A program made the translations under genes and the position numbers. From Camelus ferus (taxonomy: Eukaryota): a stretch of DNA of 64,000 nucleotides. The DNA is taken from contig NC_045697.1 in the NCBI RefSeq assembly GCF_009834535.1, positions 91,886,001 through 91,950,000 of the forward strand, read 5' to 3'. Below the pieces are notes generated by a model, which ran no database searches, was not told the origin of the DNA, and was given only the letters and a program-made list of their open reading frames with translations. Each line of letters begins with the position of its first letter. Position 1 is the first letter of the stretch. Of this stretch, positions 11,801 through 24,912 are shown in pieces.

Positions 11801-14800
11801 CAACTGGTTGATTAGCAAAATTCTTATTAATTGTGATTTGGTATGCATAACTCATGACCAATGCGACCTCTTGTTTTTGCTACTGAGTTGGCTGAATCAA
11901 GTCTTTTGTTATCTGTAGACCCTGCCAATACAAAATATCTGGATGAAAATTTAAAAAAGCTGTTTCTAAAACATATATACATATATACATTTTAACTGAT
12001 GGTGTTCTTACATTATAATTTGAGATTTAAAAAAATTCTGAGTATGATTCTCTTAGTTGAAAGGATCCTTATTTTGTTTGAAATGAAAGAAGTAGAAAAG
12101 AGTTATGGAGACTTAATCTATATATATATTACTTAAAAATTCTGGAAAAAATTTTAACAAACAAAGCCAATTGCTAAAATTCTTAGGCTACAGATATTAT
12201 TAGCTTTCCTGGAGTTTTGCTGTAATTTAGTTATCATAGAAGAGTGCTCCTAAATCAGTTGATACCCATTTGGCAGCAGAGTATTGGAGAAGGTGCATGG
12301 GATGGAGCCTGTGAATTTGGATTAGTCCCGTCTACCTTGTGTGACCCTGCATGAATTTTACCAAGTATCCTCATCAGTGAATTGGGGATGATGAAAATAT
12401 TATCTTACTCAGGAAAGATTAAAGTAGTTGATGGGTGTCAAAGGAACTTTGTTAATCCTAAAGTGATATTCAAATGCTAGCCTATATATTACTTACAGGA
12501 ATTGAGTCACCATTATTGGTCATTTCTCACAGTTTGCTGACATTTCAAGTAGATAAGAACACTGGCTAGGAGTTGTTGACATCCTCTTTTCTTACTGCTG
12601 CAAATAATTTCTTCTTATTCTGCTCACTCCATGATTATTGCTTTTCTGTACACATTCTTCTTTCCTGTTTTACATCCCCTGACCATACCCTAGGCATATC
12701 ATGGTCAAGTACCATCTTTACCATCTCAGCTACCTTAAGATTTTAGGAAAACGTAAAGTCTGTAGCTCTTAATCATCAAGAAGTTAGAGACTCATTTTAG
12801 AGTGGATGTAAAGGGTCAAACATTAGAAAGAATAGATTATGGGTGTTCTAAACCCAACACTTTGAGTCTCATATTCCTATGGATACAAATTAAATTCTAT
12901 AAGATAAGTATTATTTAAACAATACAGCTTTACTGTATATACTGTGTAGTATTGCTTTAGACAAGCAAATGACTTAATAATTCATCAGGACAGATCTAAA
13001 AGGAATAGTACTGATAAAAATGGAAATAATTGAATATATTGAAATTTTTTATATAGAACCATTTCTTCCATAATGTGGTATTGTGTTTTTAAAAGTAACT
13101 ATATTACAGAATTTCATGAAATAAAGATAGCATGGGGGTGGAACTCAAATCCTACACAATTTTGTAAGGAAATAGACTTAATAAAAACATAAAATTCTAC
13201 AACATCTTACTTTAAGAATCTTACTTAGATTCCAAATAAATATATGTAGTGTTATAATAGTTGTAGTAAGCATTGCAGTTTATTTTGAAAAAAGGCATTG
13301 TTTGCTTGGTATGAATAAATAGGGTGAAATGTGGCAATTGTGGTATCTTAAAGAAAGGAAGGAAAGACATTATTATTATGAGGGCAAAAATTATGTCACT
13401 AGAGTTGACACAGATGGTTGTTGCTTGTGCCTACAAATGAGACTGGGAACTGAGTAGTGCTTTCTGTGACAGCCTTTCGTCTGTACCCTCAGTCCTCCAC
13501 AAGCACTCTTCAGTCCCCTTTAGGACAGTGATGACTGTGGTGTGTCCATCTCCTGTTTCAGTTATTTTCCCACTCTTGTTTTCGATGTGCATGTTGTGGA
13601 TTTCCTTAGCTCTGTTCCTTGGAGTTGTAACATGCTCTCTCATTTCTTTCAAAAGGTTTTATAACTTTAAGTTTTCCTCGATATCTGAGGTTCTCTGATC
13701 TTTATCATATTTAGGTTGTCTTATTTAATAATTTTAACAGGAAAAGTACATAAACCCAAGAGGATAGCATAATGTACACTTAAAAGGCAATATATATGGG
13801 TAAACAGATTAGGGAAGAATATAAGGTATAGGAATATTTTGTGTGTTCGCCTGCAGATCACTGTGTTCAACTGTTTTTCTTTCATACACTGTTCTTCGGA
13901 ATAGAAAGTATAACCCCTTGTGAGCTGACATGGTTTTCTGTTTTGCTGGTTTGATTCCCCTGTTTATCCTCAACATATTAACAAATTCAGCCATTATAGG
14001 TAAGCATTAAAAGAGAAAGAAAACAATCCCATTTTCTAAAGCATAAGCTTCTCCAAGCTGAATGTGATTGGTTGTAAAGGAAGTTGGACTAAAATATTTC
14101 ATTTGATAACTTATCGACAATTCCTGTCACTGCCCCTGCAGAAGGTGAGATAAAGTCCTCTCTGGGTAAGGCAAGGACGTGAGAAAGTTAGATGTTGTTG
14201 AGGCGTCTAAGACGATCTGTGCTTTGATACTCACTCCCTTCCTGGTACACTCTTGAGAGGGAGAAAGAGATGACTCCAGCTACATCTGTGGATCCAAAAA
14301 AAAAAAAGGAACTATTCCAATTTTCACTTAGAAACCTAGAGGCACTGTGGCATGATAGCAAGGGGACAAATGGCCTGAAGGCAATTCAGGCAGCCCCATC
14401 AAATGCTATGGCCCCTAACAGTCACGGAAGAGCACCTAAATATGTATGTGCTCCTGGGAGGTTCAGCAGAGTAAGAGTCAGTAGACCTGAAGTAGATGCA
14501 TGGCTGAGATGAGGGCTTGGTGGTGGAAGGCTGCATGGACCTTATAGACAGGGAGTAGACATCTCAATTGATGCAGGGATGCAGATATCACAAGTGATTA
14601 AAATTTGGAGGGAGCGACAATAGCAGACATCCAGATCGGACAATATTTATATTTCAGTGGATGCCCTGCAGACAGACAATGACAGGATGAGCTGCCTCCC
14701 TCTCGCTATTTATTCATTGAAAAACTGAGCATTTATTGAGTACCTACTATGTTATAGGCACTGTCAGAAAGTACCTGGATTTACATAAACCTTTAGATGC

Positions 14801-15239
14801 CATCCTAGAGAGAAACAATTAACTTTCTGTCATGTAGCATACCATATATTACACATATTTATTTTGCATTATCTGTGTCCCTTCCACTAGAATATGTGCT
14901 GCAAGATAGGAGGAATTTTTAAGCATTCCTATTGCCTATTACAAAATCTAGACCATGGCTGGTGCCCAATAATTACTAATTGAAACAAACTAATGACTCA
15001 AGAATAATGGAACTATACAAACAGAGATATGAATTATAGAAAAATGAAAAACTAAAAAAAATCCAAGTTGATAGGTGGAAGATTACTGTCTTCTATAAGG
15101 TCAGTAATACCATTAAGTCCTGAAACTATCTTTAGATATGCAAAGTAAGGGCCAGTGAAGGCAGAAAACTCTTCTACATGTATGTCCACCTAGTGTTGGG
15201 GAACAGTGTGCCTCATATACTTTATGAAGAGATGATGAA

Positions 15240-15273
<34 letters not shown>

Positions 15274-15297
15274 TAATAATAATAATAATAATAATAA
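15240..15297. repeat. (AAT)n microsatellite with one interruption
   Basis: Direct reading; explains the poly-L/poly-Y ORF 15190-15396. Confidence 0.95.
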
Positions 15298-15534
15298 CAC
15301 TATCTTTCCAAAGTCAACTAAATATCTTATATATACATAAATCTTTGGAATGATGTCTTTGTTTGGTGGTAGAGATGGGAAGAATTTGTTATGCACGCAT
15401 GCACCTGTGTGTGTGTGTGTGTGTAGCGATATTTCAGTGAGGAGGGAGCATAATCAATATGTGTGGTATTGACTGTTCCCTGGACCTTAGCCACCTATTA
15501 TAGTCATTGCAGGCCAAATGTATTACAGGTATCT

Positions 15535-15768
15535 AATACAAATGAAATTATACTGTAAGTGTAAAAAAGTACACTGGATTTCAAAGACAGTACAAAAATA
15601 CAAAGTATCTCAATAATTTAAAATTTATTGATTATTTATTGAGATAATATTTCATGTACTGGTGTAAATAAATATTTTGCTAAATTAATTTCAACTATTT
15701 CTATTTTTGACTACTAGAAATTTTAAATAATATATGTGGCTTGCATTATATTTCTGTTGGGCATTGAA
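15535..15768. mobile_element. MER33 hAT-Charlie element (partial)
   Basis: CTGTAAGTGTAAAAAAGTACACTGGATTTCAAAGAC...ACTAGAAATTTTAAATAATATATGTGGCTTGCATTATATTTCTGTTGG matches the recalled MER33 consensus. Confidence 0.8.
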
Positions 15769-17789
15769 CAGAATGATCTAGACCATTTTGCTCAGACACA
15801 TTCACTAGTCTCACCTCTATATCTTGGACAAGAATATATTCCTGACACTTGGTCAGACACTGTTGCTCCAGTAAGTGCCTACCTCCAGTTTGACTTTCTT
15901 TTGCACTGGGAATAAAGAGCTTACGTGGACATATCATTTAATTATTCCAGATAAGCTCTAATTATTTCAGGAGTTCATCATTTCTAAATCACAGTTCAAA
16001 AAAGAAATTAATTGAATGGCTAAGATTCCAATTTACAGCTAGGAATTATATATGGTTCTTTATTCTTTAAGTTAACTTGTTTTAACTCTGATAGACATGC
16101 ATTCTTTGTCATTATATTTAACATAAAATTATCAATGAATTCACCAAAAATCAGATGCTTACTTTTTCCTTGGGTGTTTTTTTACAAATGAAACTTAGTT
16201 TCAGAGAGAATCATACATGGCTTAGGTATATTCTGAGTAATATAGAAGATTTTCACTACATGGATTTCAATGACAAAAGTAAGCAAATTGAGAAAGGGTA
16301 TGATGATAGGCCTATAGATACCACAGCAAGTATAAATAATCCAGACATTTATAAAAGAAAAATATTTCTAACCATTTCATGCAGGGCAGAAGCTTAACTT
16401 CTTGAGTGGCTGAACTGCACTGTGTCTGATGCAGTCTATCCAGAATTAGTTGAAAGGATAATTTCAAGAATTACATGAGTAACACCTGCATTTAAAATTC
16501 TATTTAGGAGAAAGAAGTTATGTTCACCCAGGTCACCTAGACAGACAAGCAGACTATACTAATCAAATCAGTTGGATAATCACCATAATTTCCACGTGTT
16601 TGAATTTATATAGTGAAAGTTGTATAATAAGAAAAGTATATTTGGAGAAAGTTATCTGGTGTAACATGTTCAGTTTAGCAAAGGTGAGAACTAAAGAGGT
16701 GAGGTTCAGTGTTGCACAATGACTAAATGAAAACCTAGATTAAAACTAAGGTCTTCTGGTCCTTAGATTTTTTAATCAGTAGAATCTGAAGGCAGGAACA
16801 AAGTTCCAGATGTCTTCAAATAATCTCCACTTCTCTGAGGACGAAGTCATGTTAGAATGACTAATTTCTTATTATTTCTTATTTTTCTCTTTGGCTGCCA
16901 ATATGATGGTTGCTACAATTAGAAACATTCCTGAAAATCAAAAAACGAAGTACTTTTCAACCAGCAGTGTCTGTATTCATTGTTACCTCCCACCAGCTGA
17001 TGCTTCCATTGCAAAAATGTGTGGGAACCAAACTGGTGTCACATAGATGTGATGATATCAGTTTTTTCAATGCCTGTGGTGAAATTACAGAACCCAACCA
17101 TGTCTTGAATTCTAAATTTTATTAGCAACATTCACTTGGTTGACTCTGATTTTTCCTTCTTAATTAATGAAAACTGTCTCTTTAACAGATTGTTTTTACA
17201 TTGCTTCATTAATAATTTCTCATTCCCCTTAAATACACACTGTAACCGTACAGTTTTCTCAAGTCATTGAAATGACTGGCAATGGCTATTGTTCTCTTTA
17301 TCTATATGTGAACTTTTAAAGTTTTAATTCTTATGATTCTGACTATTACTGTTTTCTCATAGGACCTTCCTTCTAATTTGGTTTTCTGTATGGCTTCATA
17401 GTTTTCCTTCCTCTTTCCTTCTCTGCTCCTAGGAGTCAGTGGTTTTGTTGTCATTGTCATTGGAATTAGAAGAGGAAGAGAATATAATTGCCTGAAATTA
17501 CCTTAATTTACCTCTGAGAATCAGATAATTTATATTTAGTTCTGTTTACCACATACACTAATTGCCTATTATGTGCAAAACAGTTCATTTGGTTATGGGA
17601 AGATATGAATGTGAATGATCCTATCAAAAACTACAGATTTATGATGGAAAAACAGAATCTGCATTTTCTTTGCAGGGGCTGAAAAGCCATAACTCTTGTA
17701 TTTTTATTCCTTTTTATAGATATGCAAACAATTCTCTTAGAATACAAAGTGAATAGCATTTTTACTATAAAACATCATAATTTTGTGCT

Positions 17790-18345
17790 CAAGCACAGAG
17801 CCCCTCTGGCCAGATGGAGTGTGACTTAGTACCTTGCCTGGACATGGGCTCTTGGGATGGCAAAGTTCTCTGGCCAGAGTGTGCCACCAACTAGATTCTG
17901 CAGATGAGCAAAGCTAGAGACTGGGATTGTTTCTTGGGCTCTGCAGGTATGAACTCAGTCTGCAAGATCCTTGTGCTGGTTATTGCAAGCTCCTCCTCCC
18001 ATCTCTGTCATAGTCAGACTCCCAGTGGTTGAGCCCTACAGATTCCCCTGCAATCTCTGTGGGGTAAGATTAGAGAAATGGCCCCCATAAAGTGACCCAC
18101 AGTCCTGGGGAAGGGCTGGTTGGTCCCTGGGGTCTCTTTTTCCCCTGGAGGAGCCAGAGGCCCTGGGGACACCTCTGTGTGCAGTGCTGCACTGGCCTGG
18201 GGGAAGGTCAGTGTGGTCAACATTTAGCCACTTCACTTGCCTTCTAATGAAGTCTGGTGCCTTATTCTTGAATAGTTGTTGGTTATTTCTCTTGTGATGG
18301 GGGAATGAAGTCAGGAATGATCTATGTTACCATCTTGGTGACATC
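17790..18345 (-). mobile_element. Old L1 (L1M4/L1MC-like) 5' UTR fragment
   Basis: Locally GC-rich block ending CCATCTTGGTGACATC (minus GATGTCACCAAGATGG, an L1 5'-end YY1-like start). The ORFs here have no recognisable protein similarity. Confidence 0.6.
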
Positions 18346-18358
18346 TGTCAAAATTTCT

Positions 18359-18391
18359 TACACACACACACACCCCCACACCCACACACAC
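18359..18391. repeat. (CA)n imperfect microsatellite
   Basis: Direct reading. Confidence 0.85.
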
Positions 18392-20699
18392 AAACAGAAG
18401 CCCCCACTCACTTGTCAGCTTTTAATTGGTGAAAAACAAGAATGCTGATCATTCCAATAACTTACACTAAGATAAACCATTGCAGCTAAATGTTGATCTT
18501 CTACTTTATAAAACAAGCATGAATGAGTAAAAGAAAGCATGGAAATTTAGGAAACACTTTAAAATATGTGATTTATATTAAAAAGTCACCACAAAGACTG
18601 AACGTGCTATCAGGAGTTATTCAGTGCTTTAGTCCCAGATGTAATTTGCTCTTTTTAAATATGAGAAGACATTTTAATTTGCAGCCAAGGTCTGAACATG
18701 TTTTGTTTTGTTTTGTTTTAAATCCCCACCATTCCCTGCAGCTAAAAGATAAAAAGATCAAAGATGGGAAGAGTAATTTTTATGATGCCTTTTAAGTGAA
18801 GGTTGCATTGAGGCAGCTTAGTAACTGTGCTTAAATGTGGAGTGGAGTTTTCCATCTCCATCCTAAATTTCCATTTTACCCCTGTTAGTACAGAGTTATT
18901 GATCACCAAAAATTAAAATAAAACTTTCTAGTTCTGCTTCCTAAAGATATCTATGTATCTATATCTACCTGCCTATCTAGCTAGCTTCCCAGTATTTACC
19001 TAATATATGTTTTATTGATACATCAGCTTTTAGATGAAATACTACATAGCCAATGTATGAATTAAGTGTTGGCCATGGTTGTGTCTGTTCCTCCTATAGA
19101 ATGAAATGGACAGCTAAGATACTTAAATGGGTATCTCATTAAATGGTTTTTAATAGTAAACCATAATAAATGGCTAAATAATAATAGCCATGGCATCAGT
19201 TTACAGATTATAGCTGATGTCATTTCATACTTTTACACAGCAAGTGTAGCAGTCTGTGGCTCACTGGGAAAAGTGTTTTAGGTCAGACTTCAACCAGGCA
19301 GCTCTGTTCTGGATTTAGAATATATTTCCCTTCTTCTCCTCGACAAAATGAGTCACGGGCATTTTATCGAGGGAAGTAGGCAGGAAGTGGAGAATGCCTA
19401 ATCTAGGCTTGGAAGGCTGTAAGATCACTCATTGGTCATAAGTAACCATTTTTGAGAGCAGAAAGAAGGAAACAGAAGTCTCCTTAGAAGTACAGTTGGT
19501 AAGAATTCAGAACCTAAAGTGAAATATAAACAATTATCTTCAGAGAAAAGGATTTTTTCAAGTGATAAGGTCACTGGTATACTAATGAAATGACATACTA
19601 GTGTATAGAAAGGTGGGACAATAAGATATTAAGAAAATGAAAATTTTAAAGTGGAAGTGGAAGAATCCAGACCAAACAAAAAGATTTTTAGCTAAATTTC
19701 TGTATCTGAATTAAGAAATTTCATTAGGTCTTTATGAAGAGAGATGGGGTATTTATTTTATAACCCCATATTCATCATATTCAGTTTTATGTAATTATGC
19801 TAAAGTTAAGTGGTTAAGTATATAGTAAACTATATGTAACTTTCATTTCATAAAAGGATTTCAATCATTCCCATACCTCCATAAAATCCTGAATCAAACA
19901 GCTCTTGAGATACGGAGTGGGGCCAAATAACTATAGCAGTTTCCAGCAGATGGCCAGTTAGGTCTGAGTTACTGAGATAACTTAAAGCTTTTAGCACTGA
20001 ATCCCATTTATTATTTCCTTTTAACCTTTATGGAGCCAATCACATTAAATATTTGACACAGAAGCCTTTAAAGCAAAAACCATTTATTGGATGGCAGTAA
20101 TCAAAACAGGAAAGGGAAGATAGCCCTTCTGGGATCCAGAGATAGGGTACCTCTTAGAGCAGAGGTGTTTCTGGGTTTGATATATGGAAATAGCTAATAA
20201 ATTGGAATGAATTCATCTTTGACTAGGTGTGGTTGCCTGACCAGCCTGGGTTTCCATGGTGATTTTACAGGAGAAGATATGTGAGAGTGGAAAAGGGCCT
20301 CATGTTAGTGTCAAAGGAATCCCCACCTGTTTGGTTTTCCGTGATTAGTCTCAAACTGCTCAGCCGCTCACCTGGGCCCTGCGTATAGAATGAAGTGTCT
20401 GATTGCCCACTTTATCCTTTGACCCTAATATTAAACCCTCCACCTGTATCCCTTTGGACTTTGTTTTTGTCCATAAAGATGTTTGTTGGATGAAAGTACT
20501 TGACCTTTTTAATGTTGACTTAATGTGGGCCCTTGCAATTTTTGCTTCCTCCCCAACACACAGTTTTACCCAAACAGGGCTGCTTCACTTTTATTATACC
20601 CAGGAAAGACCCCTGGGTTGTCTTTGTCTCCTTCTAGCCCATTTAACTAATCTGAGACAGGCCAAAACGTGTAATGTTTGCCTGATATTTGACCAACAA

Positions 20700-22680
20700 A
20701 ATTATTTAATTCATTTTTTCTTGTTACATAATTGATGCACAATGTGCAAATTTCAAAAGACATAAATATTTGTACACTGAAAATCATACCTTTCTTTAAT
20801 TCCTATAACCCCTTTTCCCATATTCCCCCCTACAAGGGCAATTTATGTTATAGACTGACATGCCACTGACACCAACTTCATGCATAACCTTCTAGAGACT
20901 CTATCAACTTTTCTTTCTTCTTTCATTTTCCTTTCCACCCCTCCCTGCCTCCCACCCCTGCTTCTTCCTTCCTTCTTTCTTCCCTCCCTCCCTTCCTCTC
21001 TTTCTTTCTCTCTTTTCTTCTCTTCTTTCTTTTTCTTTCTCTCTCTTTTCTTTCTTTCTCTCTCTCTCTTTTTCTCTTTCTTTCTTTCTTTCATGGCAGC
21101 ATTCTCTACATGCTGGTCTACAACTTACTCTTTGTTTAACTTAATATTGTATCTTGGAAATTAGTCCTTATCAGTTTATAAGGTAGCCTGATTCTTTTAA
21201 TGGACACATTATTCTCTTGTATAGATATGCTTTCAAGTATTTATCCAATTTCTTACTGATGCTCATTTATGTTACTGGAAATATTTTGCATTATAGATAA
21301 TGCAGCACTGAATATTTCTGTACATGTGTTGTGTAGCTTTTGTACCTCTGGAGGTAAAATGAAGAAGTCAGTACATTTACACTATCTTCTACTTTCTTTT
21401 CTCTTCTTCCAGTTTTTAAATTTATAACTTTTCCCGATACTGGATTTATAGTATTTACATTTGCTTCTGTAACAAGGACCCCTCCATTTGTTCTCATCTT
21501 AGCCTTACATTTACACAGACTTGGTGCTTATCATCAGTCCTTTTGCCATTGTTCTTCCACTTACTCCTTATCTGGATGCAGTTGGTCTTTTAATAGTGTC
21601 TTCAAGAAGGCATCTTGAGAACTACATTCCATGAGGTATTGGACATTTAGTGTTGTGTATTTATTACTTTTATATTTGAATGACAGTCTGAATACTAATT
21701 AAATTCTTGGACCACACTCTGCTGATTGCCTTTAACACTTAATTGCTCCAGTAGACTGTAGCATTGGATGTTGCCATATGGAAGGAAGTCTGATACCAGC
21801 CTTACTTATTTCTGATTTAAGCGACTTGATCTTTTATTATGGATGTACAAAGAATTCTTTCTTTATCTTTGGTGTCCAATAAATCTGTAAGTCAGTATTC
21901 TTTATTATTTGTTTTATTTTTGGTAGGATATGGTTTACTCTTTGAACCTATAAGTTTAAATCTCCTTTCCTTTCAGGAAAGTTTCCTGAATTTTATTTTT
22001 GTATATTTGTTCCGTTTATCACTTAACATTTTTTTCTTTGGAGACTCTAACTATCCAAATGTTATGTGTCTTTTTCTTTTTCTCTATATGTGTCATTTTT
22101 TGTTGTTCTTTTAAAAAAAATTATTTTCTTAAGTCTTTGCCTTCCACGTCCTTTACTGTGTTTTCTCAATTGTCTAACAATATCCTTCATGCTGCTCTCA
22201 AAGTGGCCTTCATTTCTGTGATAAGCTTAGTTTTTTAAATACCCCTTTCCTAAATTGTGCCAGCTTACATTTTTTTCTCTTTAAGTTGTCTTGTCATTCA
22301 TGTATTCAATCAAATATATATGTGAAGCACTTAATATGTTTCAGGTACAATTCTAGGGGTAGTGATAGAGCAGTGTGAAAGGAGACAAAATTTATCCTCT
22401 CATAGAGCTTACATATAGTTGGTTTTTGTATCTCTGCTGTGACAGTTTTATATATGTGATTACTTCATTGAATTTCTACAAAATTCATTCCAGTATTTTT
22501 ATCTGATGCATAAAAAATGATTCTTTTGCATACAGTTTTCTATTGTTCTTTCTTTTTCCTTTTTAACTTTGGTAGTACAGTTTTATACAGATGTCTGTTA
22601 TGGGTCATTTTATCATTCATTTTTTGGATGATATTATTAATTCCTTCTAGACCAAATATTGACACAATTGTTTTTGTGGG
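20700..22680 (-). mobile_element. Ancient L1ME/HAL1-like fragments with an embedded L2 piece
   Basis: T-rich antisense L1 3' UTR motifs (TTTATCCAATTTCTTACTGATGCTCATTTATGTT) and an L2-like TTCATGTATTCAATCAAATATATATGTGAAGCAC at ~22295-22420. Confidence 0.55.
20905..21092. repeat. Polypyrimidine low-complexity tract ((TTTC)n, (CCTT)n, (CT)n)
   Basis: Direct reading; explains ORFs 20843-21094 and 20880-21164. Confidence 0.95.
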
Positions 22681-22711
22681 GTGAGAGAGATATCAGATCC
22701 CTATTCTAGTC

Positions 22712-22938
22712 CAGGGATCAGCAAACTATAGCTTGTAGTTGTAATATGGCCCATATCCTTGTTCTGTACAGCCTGTGGAATAAGAATGCATTTTATATTT
22801 TTAATTGGATTGGAAGAAGGAAGAGGAGGTGGAGGAGGACGGAGAGGAAGAGGAGGTTGTTACAGAGACCATACATGGCCCATAGAGCTTAAAATATTCA
22901 TTATCTCATCCTTTATAGAGAAAGTTTGTCAATTCTTG
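22712..22938. mobile_element. MER58 (C-like) hAT-Charlie element with an internal (GGA)n tract
   Basis: Terminal inverted repeats CAGGGATCAGCAAACT / AGTTTGTCAATTCTTG; core ACAGAGACCATACATGGCCCATAGAGCTTAAAATATT. Confidence 0.8.
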
Positions 22939-24099
22939 TTTCATTCTGACCACAATTCTCATTATGAAACAAAATAACATGGTAATGAGTTTGTTAGCCT
23001 TCATTTAGTACAAGAAATTGAGATCAGCACTGTAAAGGAGATCTCACCAATCTCTCCTCTAGCTTGCCTCAGAAACAGCCTGCTTCCTTCAAGTATGGCT
23101 CTGTGTATGTGTGTGCTTTATCATTCAGCTCTCTATTCTATTGCCTGCTTTTAGAGACAAGGCCAAACTTGGTCAAGAAAATATTTTACTACTAGCACAT
23201 ATACCATATACAAATTTCATTTATGCAAATAAAGGGTTATTGCTGTTGCTTACAAGTATGTATCATTTGCTTTGGAGAATAAGTACTCTGATGGCTTTTT
23301 CTGAGACCTGCAACCATATGTGTATTCTCTGGGATTGTTCCTACACTTTTTTTTTTTGTATTTTTCCTACATTTTGCAGCTTTCAGTTGTATATTATGAT
23401 TTAACTTACAAATGTCAAATCAAAGGTAGATACAGGGTTTCTACTTTTTATTCTTACAGTTGTGCTTGTATGATTGCTCAAAAGAGAAGGGAAAAACATC
23501 TACATTAGCCCCCTGTTTTAAAATAAAATGTCTTTTTAATAAACATACTATTTATTTATTTTGAAATATGTTGCCAGAAAACTTTCAGGAATAAAGATAG
23601 TAAAATAAAATTGTAAAGATCATAGAAATTCAACTGTAAGTTTTCATTACAGTAAATGAACAATAAATTCTTATCAGACTGCATCATAAATGTATAACAA
23701 GCACACAGTGCTAATGCGGTTGCACACCATGGCAAGTACATCAGAGCCCTGTGTGGTTGGTTAATTAAATTCCACATAATGATTTAAGGGACCAGAAGGA
23801 TAGTTAAGAAGTATGTGAATGACTTGAATATTCTAAAGATCAGAGATAGAGAGACTTGTTCTATAAACAAATAAACCATCAGTGCCTACTCTGTATAAGA
23901 CGCTGTACTAGTGTCTTATATTAAAATGTGTCAGTTTATTCCTGTACTTGACATCAAGCAAATCATTACACTCTACTCAACCAGAGACAAGAGAAAATAG
24001 TTTCATTTAAAGACATAATTGAACTGAAATAAGTCAATTGAAGTAAAACTTACTTTTTTTTTGGTTTTTAGAAAAAACATATACAGTGAAAACTGGCTA

Positions 24100-24912
24100 T
24101 AGTAACCGTCTTTTATCTGTGGTTTTGTTTTCTGTGCTTTTGGTTAACCACAATCATCTGTGGTCTGAAAATATGAAATGGAAAATTCCAGAAATAAACA
24201 ACTTATAAGTTGTAAACTGTGTGCCATTCTGAGTAACGGGATGAAATCTCATGTCCCACCCAGGATGTGAATCATTCCTTTGTCCAGCATATCCTTCCTG
24301 TTAGTCACTTATCAGCATATCTGTTACCAGATTTACAGCAATATTGCAGTGCTTGTGTTCAAGTAACCTGTTCTTCACTTAATAATGGCTCCCAACTGCA
24401 AGAATAGTGATGCTGACTGCCCATCAATAATTACTTGAAATGTGAATGGATTACATTCCTTTAAGTGAAAATGTGAAAGTTCTCAGTAAGGAAGGAGAAA
24501 ACATTGTAGGCTGAGGTTGCTAAGATCTATGGAAAGAACAAATCTTCAATCCATGAAATTGTGAAGAAGGAAAAAGAAATTCATGCTCGCTTATCATACC
24601 ACAAGTTACAAAAGTTAAGGTCATGGTACATAAGCGGTTAGTTAAGATGGAAAAGGTATTACATTTATACAGTAAGATATTTTGAGAGAGACCACATTCA
24701 CGTAACTTTTATTACAGTATATTCTTATAGTTCTATTTTATTAGTAGCAATTTTTTAAATTTCATACTATGCCTAACTTATAAAGTAAACTATCATATTT
24801 ATGTATGTTTAGGAGAAAGTATGATATATATATAGTGTTGGGTACTCTCTGTTGTTTCAGGCATCTGTTGGGATCTTGGAACATATCCCCTGCAGACAAG
24901 GGGGGGCTACTG
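24100..24912 (+). mobile_element. MER44 / Tigger7 deletion derivative (TcMar-Tigger)
   Basis: TA on both sides (24098-24099, 24913-24914); ends TAGTAACCGTCTTTTATCTGTGG / CCTGCAGACAAGGGGGGCTACTG; transposase helix-turn-helix remnant AEVAKIYGKNKSSIHEIVKKEKEIHA at ~24510-24590. Confidence 0.9.

Noticed and set aside
16870..17073. Two exon-like minus-strand segments (17073-16987 and from 16930, reading MFLIVATIILAAKEKNKK*)
   Set aside because: The intervening intron would be only 56 nt, and joining the one open frame gives a stop after three codons. No recognisable protein.
17790..18345. GC-rich block as a gene promoter or CpG island
   Set aside because: Essentially CpG-free and better explained as an old L1 5' UTR.
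20843..21164. Lys/Glu/Arg-rich and Phe/Leu/Ser-rich ORFs
   Set aside because: Translations of a simple polypyrimidine repeat.
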